Shown: one piece after another, positions 18,216-27,681 of the stretch
Position numbering within the stretch: position 1 is the first letter of the stretch
How the letters are laid out: each line of letters opens with the position of its first letter
Assembly (NCBI GenBank): GCA_964597545.1
Contig: CAZQXN010000008.1
Span: 733 to 64,732, forward strand
Length of the DNA stretch: 64,000 nt
Origin: an uncultured Planctomycetia bacterium
Lineage (GTDB): Bacteria; Omnitrophota; Gorgyraeia; 1-14-0-20-64-10
Direction: 5' to 3'
Notes under the pieces: generated by a model
The model's database searches: none
Seen by the model: the letters and a program-made list of their open reading frames with translations, nothing else
What the model was told of the DNA's origin: nothing
Program-made: the position numbers and the translations under genes

Positions 18216-19517
18216 ATGATGGAAAAGATCAATGTTGGATTGCTGGGCGTAGGCACTGTTGGTTTTGGGGTCGCCAAGACCTTGCTCTCCCGGCGAGCCT
18301 TTTTGGCCCGCCAGGCGGGAGTGGAGCTGGTCTTGAAGCGCGTCTGCGATAAGGACCGCTCCAAGGCGCGGCTGCTTAGGATCGACAAGCCTCTTTTTAC
18401 CACCGATGCCAAGAAGATGCTGGAGGATCCGCAGATCCACGTGGTCGTCGAGCTGATTGGTGGAGTTCATCCGGCAAAGGAGATGGTCTTGAAGGCGATC
18501 GCCAACGGCAAATCGGTGGTGACTGCCAACAAGGCGCTCCTGGCGCATTCTGGGCCGGAGCTCTTCCATGCGGCCGACAAGGCCGGGGTGGATCTGTACT
18601 TTGAGACAGCGGTTGCCGGCGGCATACCGATCATCAAGTCCCTCAGGGAGGGCTTGGTGGGCAATGACATTGAGGCGATCTACGGGATCCTCAACGGCAC
18701 CACCAACTTTATTCTCTCGGAGATGTCCCGCGGGGAGGGGCGCTCTTTTGAGGCAGCCCTCAAAGAGGCGCAGGCCAGGGGTTATGCCGAGCAGAATCCC
18801 GCCTTGGATTTAAAGGGCGGAGATACCGCCCACAAGCTGGCGGTCTTGGCCTTTCTTGCTTTCGGAAAGGCAGTGCCCCAGAGCGCCCTTTACGTTGAGG
18901 GGATCGAAGGAATCACCGCCAACGATATCCGGTATGCCTCTGAATTCGGTTATGCCATTAAGCTTTTGGGGATTGCCAAGCGGATTGGCGAGCAGCTGGA
19001 GGTTCGGGTACATCCAACCCTGCTGCCCAAGTCGCACTCCCTCTCCGGTGTCAGTGGTGTGCACAACGCCGTCTCCGTGAAAGGGGACTTAGTCGGAGAG
19101 CTGGTGTTGTATGGCCAAGGGGCCGGGCGGTGGGCATCGACCAGTGCGATACTGTCGGATCTGGTGGATGTTGCCCGCAACCTCTCCTGTTCGACCCCTC
19201 AGCGGGTGCCGCCCCCGGGCCGCAATCGCCGGGTGCGTCGAATTCGGAAGATCGGAGAGCTGGAGGGGCGCTACTACTTCCGCTTCTCTGTGATTGACCG
19301 ACCCGGGGTGTTGGCCCGGATCGCTCAGATCTTGGGCAAACACAAAATCTCTATTACCAGCGTTCTGCAGAAGGACCGCCGCCACGAACAGATGGTGCCG
19401 GTGGTGATGATGACCCATGATGCCCGGGAGCGCAATGTCGAGCGCGCGCTCAAACAGATCGACAGCCTCTCGGTGGTGCGTCGCAAATCCGTCTCTATTC
19501 GGATGGAGCGAGGATGA
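18216..19517 (+). CDS. hom: homoserine dehydrogenase (with C-terminal ACT domain)
   Basis: [14 protein letters not shown]-binding N-terminus; ACT-like C-terminus; thr operon context. Confidence 0.9.
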   Translation: MMEKINVGLLGVGTVGFGVAKTLLSRRAFLARQAGVELVLKRVCDKDRSKARLLRIDKPLFTTDAKKMLEDPQIHVVVELIGGVHPAKEMVLKAIANGKSVVTANKALLAHSGPELFHAADKAGVDLYFETAVAGGIPIIKSLREGLVGNDIEAIYGILNGTTNFILSEMSRGEGRSFEAALKEAQARGYAEQNPALDLKGGDTAHKLAVLAFLAFGKAVPQSALYVEGIEGITANDIRYASEFGYAIKLLGIAKRIGEQLEVRVHPTLLPKSHSLSGVSGVHNAVSVKGDLVGELVLYGQGAGRWASTSAILSDLVDVARNLSCSTPQRVPPPGRNRRVRRIRKIGELEGRYYFRFSVIDRPGVLARIAQILGKHKISITSVLQKDRRHEQMVPVVMMTHDARERNVERALKQIDSLSVVRRKSVSIRMERG

Positions 19518-20734
19518 AGAAAAAAACTAGACCTAAGAAGCCGCCTTCCAAGAAGCCCTCTGCCAAGAAGTCGTCTGCTAAGAAGTCCTCTGCCAAGAAG
19601 CCAGCGCACAAGCCAAAGGCAGCTGAGAAGATGGTAAGACGAGGAGCAGTCCTTTCCCCTTCGGAATATCGTTTAACCGAGAGCACCTGGCCGGGGGTGA
19701 TCGAGAAGTACCGAGCGTTTCTTCCGGTAAGCGCAAGTACCCCGGTGATGACCCTTCAGGAGGGCAACACCCCGCTGATTCCGGCCTTTGCCCTTTCCAA
19801 TCGGTTGGGCAGGGGCATCCGGGTCTTCTACAAGTGCGAAGGGTTTAATCCGACCGGTTCCTTTAAGGACAGGGGCATGACGCTGGCGCTCTCCAAGGCC
19901 AAGGAGGAGGGAGTGCGGGCGGTGATCTGTGCCTCCACAGGCAATACCTCTGCTTCGGCGGCGGCTTACGCTGCGCGGGCGGGACTCAAGTGCATCGTTT
20001 TACTGCCCGAGATGGGCATTGCGCTGGGCAAGTTGGCTCAGGCCTTGGTGCACGGCGCCCAGGTGCTGGCGGTCAAAGGGAACTTCGATGAGGCGCTGGA
20101 GTTGGTGCGGCAGGTCACTCAAGAAACCCCCATCGTACTGGTCAACTCCCTCAATCCCCATAGGATCGAGGGACAAAAGACCGGGGCCTTTGAGATCTGC
20201 GATGCCTTGGGCCGCCAACCGGATTATCACGTCATCCCTGTAGGCAATGCCGGCAACACCACCGCTTACTGGCGCGGCTACAACGATTATTTCAAGGCCA
20301 ACAAGATCGACGGGCGTCCCCGGATGCTCGGATTCCAGGCGGCAGGGGCTGCCCCCTTGGTCTTAGGCAGGGCGGTCGCAAAGCCGGAAACCATTGCCAC
20401 TGCCATTCGGATCGGCAATCCGGCCAGCTGGGAAGGGGCCATGGCAGCCAAGAGTGAGTCCGGAGGGTTCATTCGATCCGTGACCGACCGGGAGATCTTA
20501 GAGGCCTATGCTTTTTTGGCACAGCGCGAAGGACTCTTTGTGGAGCCGGCCTCTGCCGCAGGTGTCGCAGGGATGCTCAAGCTGAGCAAGAAAGGGTACT
20601 TCCGAAAGGGAGCGATCATCGTTTGCGTGCTGACCGGCCATGGATTAAAGGATCCGGAGCGGGCGGTGAAGAGCGTGGTGACCCCCAAGGTGATTTCCCC
20701 TAAATTAGGCGTTGTCTTAAACGAAATCGGCTAG
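19514..20734 (+). CDS. thrC: threonine synthase (short form)
   Basis: YRAFLPVSASTPVMTLQEGNTPLIP...GFNPTGSFKDRGM (PLP lysine); the first ~40 codons are a Lys/Ala/Ser-rich low-complexity tract, so the true start may instead be ATG 19630. Confidence 0.85.
   Translation: MKKKTRPKKPPSKKPSAKKSSAKKSSAKKPAHKPKAAEKMVRRGAVLSPSEYRLTESTWPGVIEKYRAFLPVSASTPVMTLQEGNTPLIPAFALSNRLGRGIRVFYKCEGFNPTGSFKDRGMTLALSKAKEEGVRAVICASTGNTSASAAAYAARAGLKCIVLLPEMGIALGKLAQALVHGAQVLAVKGNFDEALELVRQVTQETPIVLVNSLNPHRIEGQKTGAFEICDALGRQPDYHVIPVGNAGNTTAYWRGYNDYFKANKIDGRPRMLGFQAAGAAPLVLGRAVAKPETIATAIRIGNPASWEGAMAAKSESGGFIRSVTDREILEAYAFLAQREGLFVEPASAAGVAGMLKLSKKGYFRKGAIIVCVLTGHGLKDPERAVKSVVTPKVISPKLGVVLNEIG
19545..19603 (+). repeat. 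15-bp tandem repeat (about 4 units) encoding KKPSAKKSSAKKSSAKK
   Basis: tctgccaagaagtcg / tctgctaagaagtcc / tctgccaagaagcca with a partial leading unit. Confidence 0.7.
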
Positions 20735-20744
20735 ACACTCCTCG

Positions 20745-21953
20745 ATGAAAACAATCCTGTTGGTATGTGACGGAATGGCGGATGAGCCCCATGAGAAGCT
20801 GGAGGGGCTGACCCCATTGGAAGCGGCCAGAACGCCGGTCATGGATGAAATCGCTGCTCACGGCAAGGTGGGCACGGCACGAACCATCCCAGAGGGTTTC
20901 ACCCCTTCCAGCGATGTGGGCAACCTCTCCATCTTGGGCTTCGACCCCAAGCGCTACTACTGCGGCAGGGGGCCGCTGGAGGCAGCCCATCTGGGGATCA
21001 AGCTCAAGGAGGGGGAGGTGGCCTTCCGGGCCAACCTGGTCACTGCCGACGGGGATCAACTGATGGATTATGCCGCCGGCCACATCTCAAGCGAAGAGGC
21101 TGCCACCCTCATTCGTCATGTTGGGAAACAGCTGGATCCGGCAAGCGTCCAGTTCTATCCGGGTGTGAAGTATCGACACCTGGCGGTCTTTCGCGATCCC
21201 AATCTTTCCGATGCATTGCTCCAAACGCAATGCAAGGCTCCGCACGACATCATGGGCTGGAAGATTTCAGAGCATTGGCCTACGGGACCCGCGGCGGATC
21301 GCTTGATTCGCATGATGGAGGCTTCCCGCGAGATTCTCTCGACCCATGAGGTCAACCAGGTGCGCGTTGATCTGAAAGAGAACCCCGGCAACCTCCTCTG
21401 GTTTTGGGGGCAGGGGAAGCGGCCGGAGTGGGACTCCTTCAAGAAGCGGTTCGGGGTCAGCGGTTCGGTGATCTCGGCGGTGGATTTGGTCCGGGGAACC
21501 GGGTTGTTGGCGGGGCTTAAGGTGATCAACGTTAAAGGGGCCACCGGCTACTACGATACCAACTACGCTGCCAAGGCCGATGCTGCGATCGAGAGCCTTA
21601 AAAAAGAAGATTTTGTCTTTGTCCATGTGGAGGCAGCCGATGAAGCCGGCCATGCCGGGGATCTCCGGCAGAAGCTGGCGGCCATTGAGAACTTTGATGC
21701 GCAGGTGGTGGGACGCATTTGGAAGCGGTTTAAGACGCTCAAGGAGATTCGGATCCTCTGCATCCCGGACCACGCCACTCCGGTTGCCAAGCAGCGCCAC
21801 ACAGCCGATCCGGTTCCTTTCTTTGTGTATGGCAAGGGGATTCCTTCCAACGGGGTCAAGCAGTTCTCAGAAAGCCAAGCGCGCCAGAGCGGTTGGCGGG
21901 TTGAGGAGGCGCATCGGATCCTTCCGGAACTCTTTACCGCTCGGGAGATTTAA
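20745..21953 (+). CDS. cofactor-independent phosphoglycerate mutase (ApgM)-family protein; probable non-orthologous homoserine kinase in the thr operon
   Basis: MKTILLVCDGMADEP...GKVGTARTIPEGFTPSSDVGNLSILGFDP metalloenzyme/ApgM signature; sits between thrC and lysC where thrB is expected. Confidence 0.75.
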   Translation: MKTILLVCDGMADEPHEKLEGLTPLEAARTPVMDEIAAHGKVGTARTIPEGFTPSSDVGNLSILGFDPKRYYCGRGPLEAAHLGIKLKEGEVAFRANLVTADGDQLMDYAAGHISSEEAATLIRHVGKQLDPASVQFYPGVKYRHLAVFRDPNLSDALLQTQCKAPHDIMGWKISEHWPTGPAADRLIRMMEASREILSTHEVNQVRVDLKENPGNLLWFWGQGKRPEWDSFKKRFGVSGSVISAVDLVRGTGLLAGLKVINVKGATGYYDTNYAAKADAAIESLKKEDFVFVHVEAADEAGHAGDLRQKLAAIENFDAQVVGRIWKRFKTLKEIRILCIPDHATPVAKQRHTADPVPFFVYGKGIPSNGVKQFSESQARQSGWRVEEAHRILPELFTAREI

Positions 21954-21957
21954 ACCC

Positions 21958-23220
21958 ATGGTTCTTTTGGTTCAAAAATTTGGAGGCTCCTCGGTTTCCA
22001 GTACTGAGCGGATTTGCCGGGTGGCACAGCGCATCTGTCGCAGTCGACGGGCCGGGCACCAGCTGGTGGTGGTGGTTTCGGCACTCGGGGATACCACCGA
22101 CGAGCTCACCGATCTGGCTTCACAGGTGACAAAAAATCCGCCGGAGCGCGAGATGGACATGCTCTTGGCCACAGGGGAGCAGGTTTCAGCGGCGCTGCTG
22201 GCGATGGCCATTCAGTCGCTGGGGGTCAAGGCCGCTTCATTTACCGGTGCCCAGGTGGGGATTGTGACCGACCGCGCGCACACCAAGGCCAAGATTCAGG
22301 CCGTCAGCGCGCAAAGAATCAAGCAGGCGCTGGCCAAAGGCTTTGTCGTGATCGTTGCCGGTTTCCAAGGGATGACCCCGGACCATGAGATCACCACCCT
22401 GGGGCGCGGCGGATCGGATCTGACCGCCGTGGCTTTAAGCTCAGCCCTTAAGGCCAAGGTGTGCGAGATCTACACCGATGTGGAAGGGGTCTATACGGCC
22501 GATCCTCGAATCGTGCCCAATGCGCGCAAACTTTCTGCGATTAGCTATGACGAAATGCTGGAGTTGGCCTCGCTGGGTGCCCAGGTCATGCAGGCTCGCT
22601 CCATGGAAGTCGCCAAGAAGTATCAGGCCAAGCTCCACTTGCGTTCCAGTTTCAGCAGGGCAGCAGGAACTTTGATTTCTAAGGAGGTAAAAGCGATGGA
22701 ACAGATGGTAGTCAGCGGCGTCACCCTGCAGAAGGATGAAGCCAAGGTGACGATCTGCGACGTGCCGGACCGGCCCGGGGTTGCCGCAACGATCTTTAAC
22801 CGCATCGGGCGAGCCAACATCAACGTGGATGTGATTGTGCAGAACGTCAGCCGCACCGGATCAACCGACGTCTCCTTCACCGTTGCTCGGTCGGATTTAA
22901 GACGAGTGCTCCAGGTGGCGCGCCGGGTTGCCAAAGAGATCAAGGCGGGCCGAGTCATCCGTGACGACGGCATCGCCAAGGTCTCCATTGTGGGACTGGG
23001 GATGCGCTCACACTCCGGTATCGCTGCCAAGATGTTCCAAGCGTTGGCCGAGAAGTCGGTCAACATCGGCATGATCTCCACCTCTGAGATCAAGGTCTCT
23101 TGTATCATCCGCAAGGAGCAGGCGGTCAAGGCTGTCCGTGCCATCCATGATGCCTTCGATTTAGGTACGGTGGGGGTTAAGCCTGCGTTGGTTCGGGCCA
23201 AGAAAAGAAAGAAGCGCTGA
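21958..23220 (+). CDS. lysC: aspartate kinase (with ACT domains)
   Basis: MVLLVQKFGGSSV amino-acid-kinase N-terminus; two C-terminal ACT repeats; the ORF-track start 21580 is a spurious upstream extension. Confidence 0.9.
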   Translation: MVLLVQKFGGSSVSSTERICRVAQRICRSRRAGHQLVVVVSALGDTTDELTDLASQVTKNPPEREMDMLLATGEQVSAALLAMAIQSLGVKAASFTGAQVGIVTDRAHTKAKIQAVSAQRIKQALAKGFVVIVAGFQGMTPDHEITTLGRGGSDLTAVALSSALKAKVCEIYTDVEGVYTADPRIVPNARKLSAISYDEMLELASLGAQVMQARSMEVAKKYQAKLHLRSSFSRAAGTLISKEVKAMEQMVVSGVTLQKDEAKVTICDVPDRPGVAATIFNRIGRANINVDVIVQNVSRTGSTDVSFTVARSDLRRVLQVARRVAKEIKAGRVIRDDGIAKVSIVGLGMRSHSGIAAKMFQALAEKSVNIGMISTSEIKVSCIIRKEQAVKAVRAIHDAFDLGTVGVKPALVRAKKRKKR

Positions 23221-23224
23221 CGCC

Positions 23225-24841
23225 ATGGCACGAAAAATCGTTTTGTATGACACCACCTTACGGGACGGCGCTCAGACCGAAGGGATCTCCCTAACGGTCA
23301 CCGATAAGCTCCAGATCGCCCAGAAACTGGATGCGTTAGGCATCCCCTACATCGAGGGAGGCTGGCCCGGCTCCAACCCGAAGGAGATGGAGTTCTTCAA
23401 GAAGGCCAAGCGCTTAAAGCTTAAGCGCGCAGTGATCACTGCCTTTGGTTCAACGCGGCGGGGCAACACCCAGGCAGCCAAGGATCCTCAGATCCAGTCT
23501 CTGCTTCAAGCCCAGACCCGTGTGGTTACCATCTTCGGCAAAAGTTGGGATCTTCACGTTCGGGATGCCCTGCGTGTTTCCATGGATGAGAATCTCCGGA
23601 TGATTGCCGATTCAATCAGCTTCTTGAGGCGCAAGGGGCGTATTGTCTTTTATGATGCCGAGCACTTCTTTGATGGTTTTCGCGCGAATCCGGCCTATGC
23701 CCTCAAGACCCTTGAGGTGGCCGCAGAGAGTGGTGCGGCCACTTTGATTCTGTGTGATACGAATGGGGGTTCGCTGCCCAACTTCATTGGGCAGGCCGTG
23801 ATCGAGGTGCGGGAAGCCGTGGATCTTCCGCTGGGGATTCATTGCCACAACGACATGGAGTTAGGGGTTGCCAATTCTGTGGCTGCGGTTGAGGCGGGGG
23901 TGGTCCATGTGCAGGGGACGATCAACGGCTACGGCGAGCGCTGCGGCAATGCCAACCTCTGCTCTGTCATTCCGGTGCTTCAGCTTAAGCACAACTACTC
24001 CTGTTTGCCGGCCAACCGCTTAAAGACCTTGACCCAAGCCTCACACTTTGTGGCCGAAGTGGCCAACATGCGCCCAGAGGACAACCAGCCTTTTGTGGGA
24101 ACCTCCGCCTTTGCCCACAAGGGCGGGGTGCACATCAACGCGGTGCTCAAGAACCCCAAAACCTATGAGCATGTCGACCCCAAGGCTCTGGGCAACCGCC
24201 GCCGCCTGCTGGTCTCTGAGATGGGGGGCAAGAGCACCATCCTCTCTCGGGCCAAAGAGCTTAATCTCAAGATGGCCAAGGACCCAGAAGAGGCCAAGCG
24301 GTTTTTGAAGCAGGTGCAGGATCTGGAGGCCAAGGGATATCACTTTGAGGCTGCCGAGGAATCTTTTGAGCTGTTGATGCGCCGGGCCTACAAGCGGTTT
24401 AAACGGTTCTTTGCCTTAGAGAGCTTCAGGGTCGTAGTGGAGAAAGATGCCAAAGGGGAGGTGCTCTCCGAGGCCACCATCAAGCTCAAGGTCAAAGGCA
24501 AGATTGAACATACCGCAGCCTTGGGAGACGGTCCGGTCCATGCGCTCGACCAGGCGCTGCGCAAGGCGCTGTTGCCCTTCTACCCGCAGTTGGCCACCAT
24601 GCATTTGGTTGATTTCAAGGTGCGCGACCTCGAGAGCCAAGCTGGAACCGGTGCTCGGGTCCGAGTGTTGATTCAATCCCAGGATTGCGAAGACAGTTGG
24701 TGGACCATGGGGGTGGATCAGAACATTCTCGAAGCCAGCTGGCAGGCCTTGATGGATTCGGTCGAATACAAACTGCTCAAGGACAAAGGGTCTGGCTCTT
24801 TTGCGCGGCGCACCGCAACGGGTGGGCGAAAAAGTGCCTGA
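23225..24841 (+). CDS. (R)-citramalate synthase / 2-isopropylmalate synthase family (CimA-like length and layout)
   Basis: LYDTTLRDGAQTEGISL HMGL-like TIM barrel; HxH metal site (GIHCHNDM); LeuA-type C-terminal regulatory domain; 538 aa. Confidence 0.8.
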   Translation: MARKIVLYDTTLRDGAQTEGISLTVTDKLQIAQKLDALGIPYIEGGWPGSNPKEMEFFKKAKRLKLKRAVITAFGSTRRGNTQAAKDPQIQSLLQAQTRVVTIFGKSWDLHVRDALRVSMDENLRMIADSISFLRRKGRIVFYDAEHFFDGFRANPAYALKTLEVAAESGAATLILCDTNGGSLPNFIGQAVIEVREAVDLPLGIHCHNDMELGVANSVAAVEAGVVHVQGTINGYGERCGNANLCSVIPVLQLKHNYSCLPANRLKTLTQASHFVAEVANMRPEDNQPFVGTSAFAHKGGVHINAVLKNPKTYEHVDPKALGNRRRLLVSEMGGKSTILSRAKELNLKMAKDPEEAKRFLKQVQDLEAKGYHFEAAEESFELLMRRAYKRFKRFFALESFRVVVEKDAKGEVLSEATIKLKVKGKIEHTAALGDGPVHALDQALRKALLPFYPQLATMHLVDFKVRDLESQAGTGARVRVLIQSQDCEDSWWTMGVDQNILEASWQALMDSVEYKLLKDKGSGSFARRTATGGRKSA

Positions 24842-24873
24842 CCCTTTTTTTCTTTAGTACGCACGCGGATAGC

Positions 24874-27450
24874 ATGACGCTGCCCTCTGTTTATAATCCT
24901 CATGATGTAGAGGAGCGCTGGTACAGTCTCTGGGAGAAGGAAGGTTACTTCCGCCCCTGTACCGACGCGGCCAAAACTCCTTTTACCATCGTCATTCCTC
25001 CCCCCAACGTGACCGGCATCCTCCACATGGGGCATGCCCTCAACAATACCCTCCAAGACATCTTGATTCGGTACCGACGAATGGCCGGGTGCCGCGCCCT
25101 TTGGGTGCCGGGGACCGATCATGCCGGTATCGCCACACAGAATGTGGTGGAGCGCAAGCTCGCCCAGGAAGGGATCAATCGCCACGACTTGGGACGCGAC
25201 GCCTTTGTAAAACGGGTGTGGGAGTGGCGCAAGGAGTATGGCTCCACCATTGTCAGGCAGCTTAGGAAACTCGGATCCTCCTGCGATTGGGAGCGGGAGC
25301 GGTTCACCATGGACGAGGGGCTTTCCTGCGCGGTAGAGACCGCCTTCTTAAAGCTCTATGAATCGGGCCTGATCTACCGGGGCCACTATCTGGTCAACTG
25401 GTGTCCGCGCTGCCACACTGCACTCTCAGATGAAGAGGTTCAGCATGAGGATGTAAAGGGCAACCTCTGGGCCATTCGCTATCCCGCGGCTGACAACAAG
25501 GGGGAGGGCATTGTGGTGGCCACCACCCGGCCCGAGACCATGCTCGGAGACGTGGCGGTGGCAGTCCATCCTGCAGATAAGCGCTACCAGAAGTTGGTGG
25601 GCAGCGCTGTACAGCTGCCCCTGACTGGCCGGACGATACCGATCATCACCGATGATGCCGTGGGCCAAGAGTTTGGGACCGGAGCCGTCAAGGTTACTCC
25701 AGCGCATGATCCGGTCGACTTTGAAATCGGTCGGCGTCACTTAGAGCTCATCCCCAAGGATGCCAAGCGGCAGGATTGGACCTCGATTCCGATTCAAATC
25801 ATGTCGATTGACGGACGGATGACCAACGTGCCCAAGGCGTATGACGGGATGGATCGCTTCGACTGCCGCAAGCAGGTGCTCAAGGATCTTGAGGCCCAGG
25901 GGCTCTTGGTCAAGACCGAGGATTACCAAACTGCGGTGGGGCACTGCTACCGCTGTAAGACCATTGTGGAGCCCATGCTCTCGCCCCAATGGTTTGTAAA
26001 GATGGCCCCCTTGGCTAAATTGGGTATTGAGGCGGTTGAGCGTGACGGCATGCGCTTTGTGCCGGGGCGCTGGAACAAGATCTATCTGGATTGGCTTGAA
26101 CATATTCGGGATTGGTGCATCTCCCGTCAGATTTGGTGGGGTCATCGAATTCCTGTCTGGACCTGCGTCCGCTGCAACGCGCCAGAGGTCAAGGGGCACG
26201 GGGAATGGGTCAAGGAGCGCTACCAGGAGCCGGGGATGGTGGTGATGCCTCAGGCTCAGATGTCTGCAAAACCACCCACTTGCCCAGCCTGCGGCAAGAG
26301 TGATCAATGGCAGCAGGATCCTGATGTCTTAGACACTTGGTTTTCTTCCTGGCTGTGGCCCTTTTCTACATTGGGGTGGCCCGAGAAGACCCAAGACCTC
26401 GCAACGCACTATCCCACCTCGGTCTTGGTGACCGGCCAGGACATCATCTTCTTCTGGGTGGCCCGCATGGTGATGGCCGGCAAGTTCTTCTTGAAAAAGC
26501 TCCCCTTCAAGGATGTGTACATTCACGGCATCATCCGGGTGGAGGGGGGCAAGAAGATGTCCAAGTCGCTGGGGAATATCATCGATCCCCTAGAGGTGAT
26601 TGAGCGGCTGGGGACCGATGCGCTGCGCTTTAGCATTGCGCACATGACCTCAGAGGGGCAGGACCTCTATCTTTCGGAGGACCGCTTCCTGCTGGGGCGC
26701 AACTTTGCCAATAAGCTTTGGAATGCCGCCCGTCTGATCTTGGAGGGCGCAAGCCGGCGGGAAATGTCATCCCCCCGAAGCTTGCCCTCGACTCCGATCG
26801 AGGGGCGGGGATCGGATCCTCGCTTTCACGAGGATGATGCTTCGAAGGATGCATTAACGCTGGCGGATCGCTGGATCCTAAGCCGCCTCCAGCGAACCAC
26901 CCAGCAGGTGACCGAGGCCCTTGAGCAGTATCAGTTCAATGAAGCGACTCGACGGCTCTACCAGTTTGTTTGGCGGGAATTCTGCGACTGGTATCTGGAG
27001 GTTGCCAAGCTTCAGCGCCAGGAGGCCGACAAGGGCCGAGTGCAGAACACCGACCAAGTGCTTCTGGAAGTTCTAGAGGGTACACTCAAACTTCTGCACC
27101 CGTTCATGCCCTTTATTACCGAAGAGCTGTGGCAGAAGATGGCGGAGCGAAGCGGAAAGTCCCTGATGCAGGCCCCTTGGCCGAAGTCGCAAGCTGCCTG
27201 GGTGGATCAGAAGGCAGAGGATCAATTCCAAAAGCTCCAGGGGATCATCACCGAGGTGCGCAACATTCGAGCCACCTTCAGGGTTGCGGCCAAGCAGAAG
27301 GTGGATTTGATGGTGCGGGCCGGTTCCGACGATGCGCTTCTCACTGCTCATGAGAAATGGATCACACGCTTCGGGGCTGTGAACACCCTCAAGGTGGGCT
27401 CCTCGCTTAAGCGGCCGGCCGGATCGGTTGCGGCCCATCTGGGCGACTAG
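24874..27450 (+). CDS. valS: valyl-tRNA synthetase, main body, ending at an in-frame TAG
   Basis: PPNVTGILHMGHA (HIGH), KMSKSLGN; class I editing and anticodon-binding domains; in-frame TAG at 27448-27450. Confidence 0.9.
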   Translation: MTLPSVYNPHDVEERWYSLWEKEGYFRPCTDAAKTPFTIVIPPPNVTGILHMGHALNNTLQDILIRYRRMAGCRALWVPGTDHAGIATQNVVERKLAQEGINRHDLGRDAFVKRVWEWRKEYGSTIVRQLRKLGSSCDWERERFTMDEGLSCAVETAFLKLYESGLIYRGHYLVNWCPRCHTALSDEEVQHEDVKGNLWAIRYPAADNKGEGIVVATTRPETMLGDVAVAVHPADKRYQKLVGSAVQLPLTGRTIPIITDDAVGQEFGTGAVKVTPAHDPVDFEIGRRHLELIPKDAKRQDWTSIPIQIMSIDGRMTNVPKAYDGMDRFDCRKQVLKDLEAQGLLVKTEDYQTAVGHCYRCKTIVEPMLSPQWFVKMAPLAKLGIEAVERDGMRFVPGRWNKIYLDWLEHIRDWCISRQIWWGHRIPVWTCVRCNAPEVKGHGEWVKERYQEPGMVVMPQAQMSAKPPTCPACGKSDQWQQDPDVLDTWFSSWLWPFSTLGWPEKTQDLATHYPTSVLVTGQDIIFFWVARMVMAGKFFLKKLPFKDVYIHGIIRVEGGKKMSKSLGNIIDPLEVIERLGTDALRFSIAHMTSEGQDLYLSEDRFLLGRNFANKLWNAARLILEGASRREMSSPRSLPSTPIEGRGSDPRFHEDDASKDALTLADRWILSRLQRTTQQVTEALEQYQFNEATRRLYQFVWREFCDWYLEVAKLQRQEADKGRVQNTDQVLLEVLEGTLKLLHPFMPFITEELWQKMAERSGKSLMQAPWPKSQAAWVDQKAEDQFQKLQGIITEVRNIRATFRVAAKQKVDLMVRAGSDDALLTAHEKWITRFGAVNTLKVGSSLKRPAGSVAAHLGD

Positions 27451-27681
27451 GACCTCATTGTCCCCTTGGCGGGGCTCGTTGAGTTAGATGTCGAGCGCAA
27501 GCGGATCGAGAAAGAGGTCAAAACCATCGAATCCCGAGCTGAAGGTAAGCGCAAGCGCTTGAAGAACGCCACCTTCCGATCCAAGGCGCCGGCAGAGGTG
27601 ATTGCCCAGGAAGAGGGGGCCCTTGAGGAGGCGGAGGCGTCGCTGCGCAAGTGGTCTGAGAGCTTGAAGCAGTTGGAATGA
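27451..27681 (+). CDS. valS: valyl-tRNA synthetase C-terminal coiled-coil segment, in the same frame after the TAG
   Basis: DLIVPLAGLVELDVERKRIEKEVKTIESRAEGKRKRLKNATFRSKAPAEVIAQEE matches the ValS C-terminal coiled-coil (PLAGLID...FVAKAP); same reading frame as the upstream body. Confidence 0.75.
   Translation, partial: DLIVPLAGLVELDVERKRIEKEVKTIESRAEGKRKRLKNATFRSKAPAEVIAQEEGALEEAEASLRKWSESLKQLE

Noticed and set aside
21580-21957. Upstream extension of lysC in the ORF track (starts at 21580 inside the apgM-like gene)
   Set aside because: The extension overlaps the 3' end of the preceding gene in another frame. The conserved aspartokinase N-terminus (MVLLVQKFGGSS) begins at ATG 21958.
24685-24873. 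Upstream extension of valS (track start 24685)
   Set aside because: It overlaps the end of the cimA-like gene. The conserved ValS N-terminus (MTLPSVYNPHDVEERWY) starts at ATG 24874.
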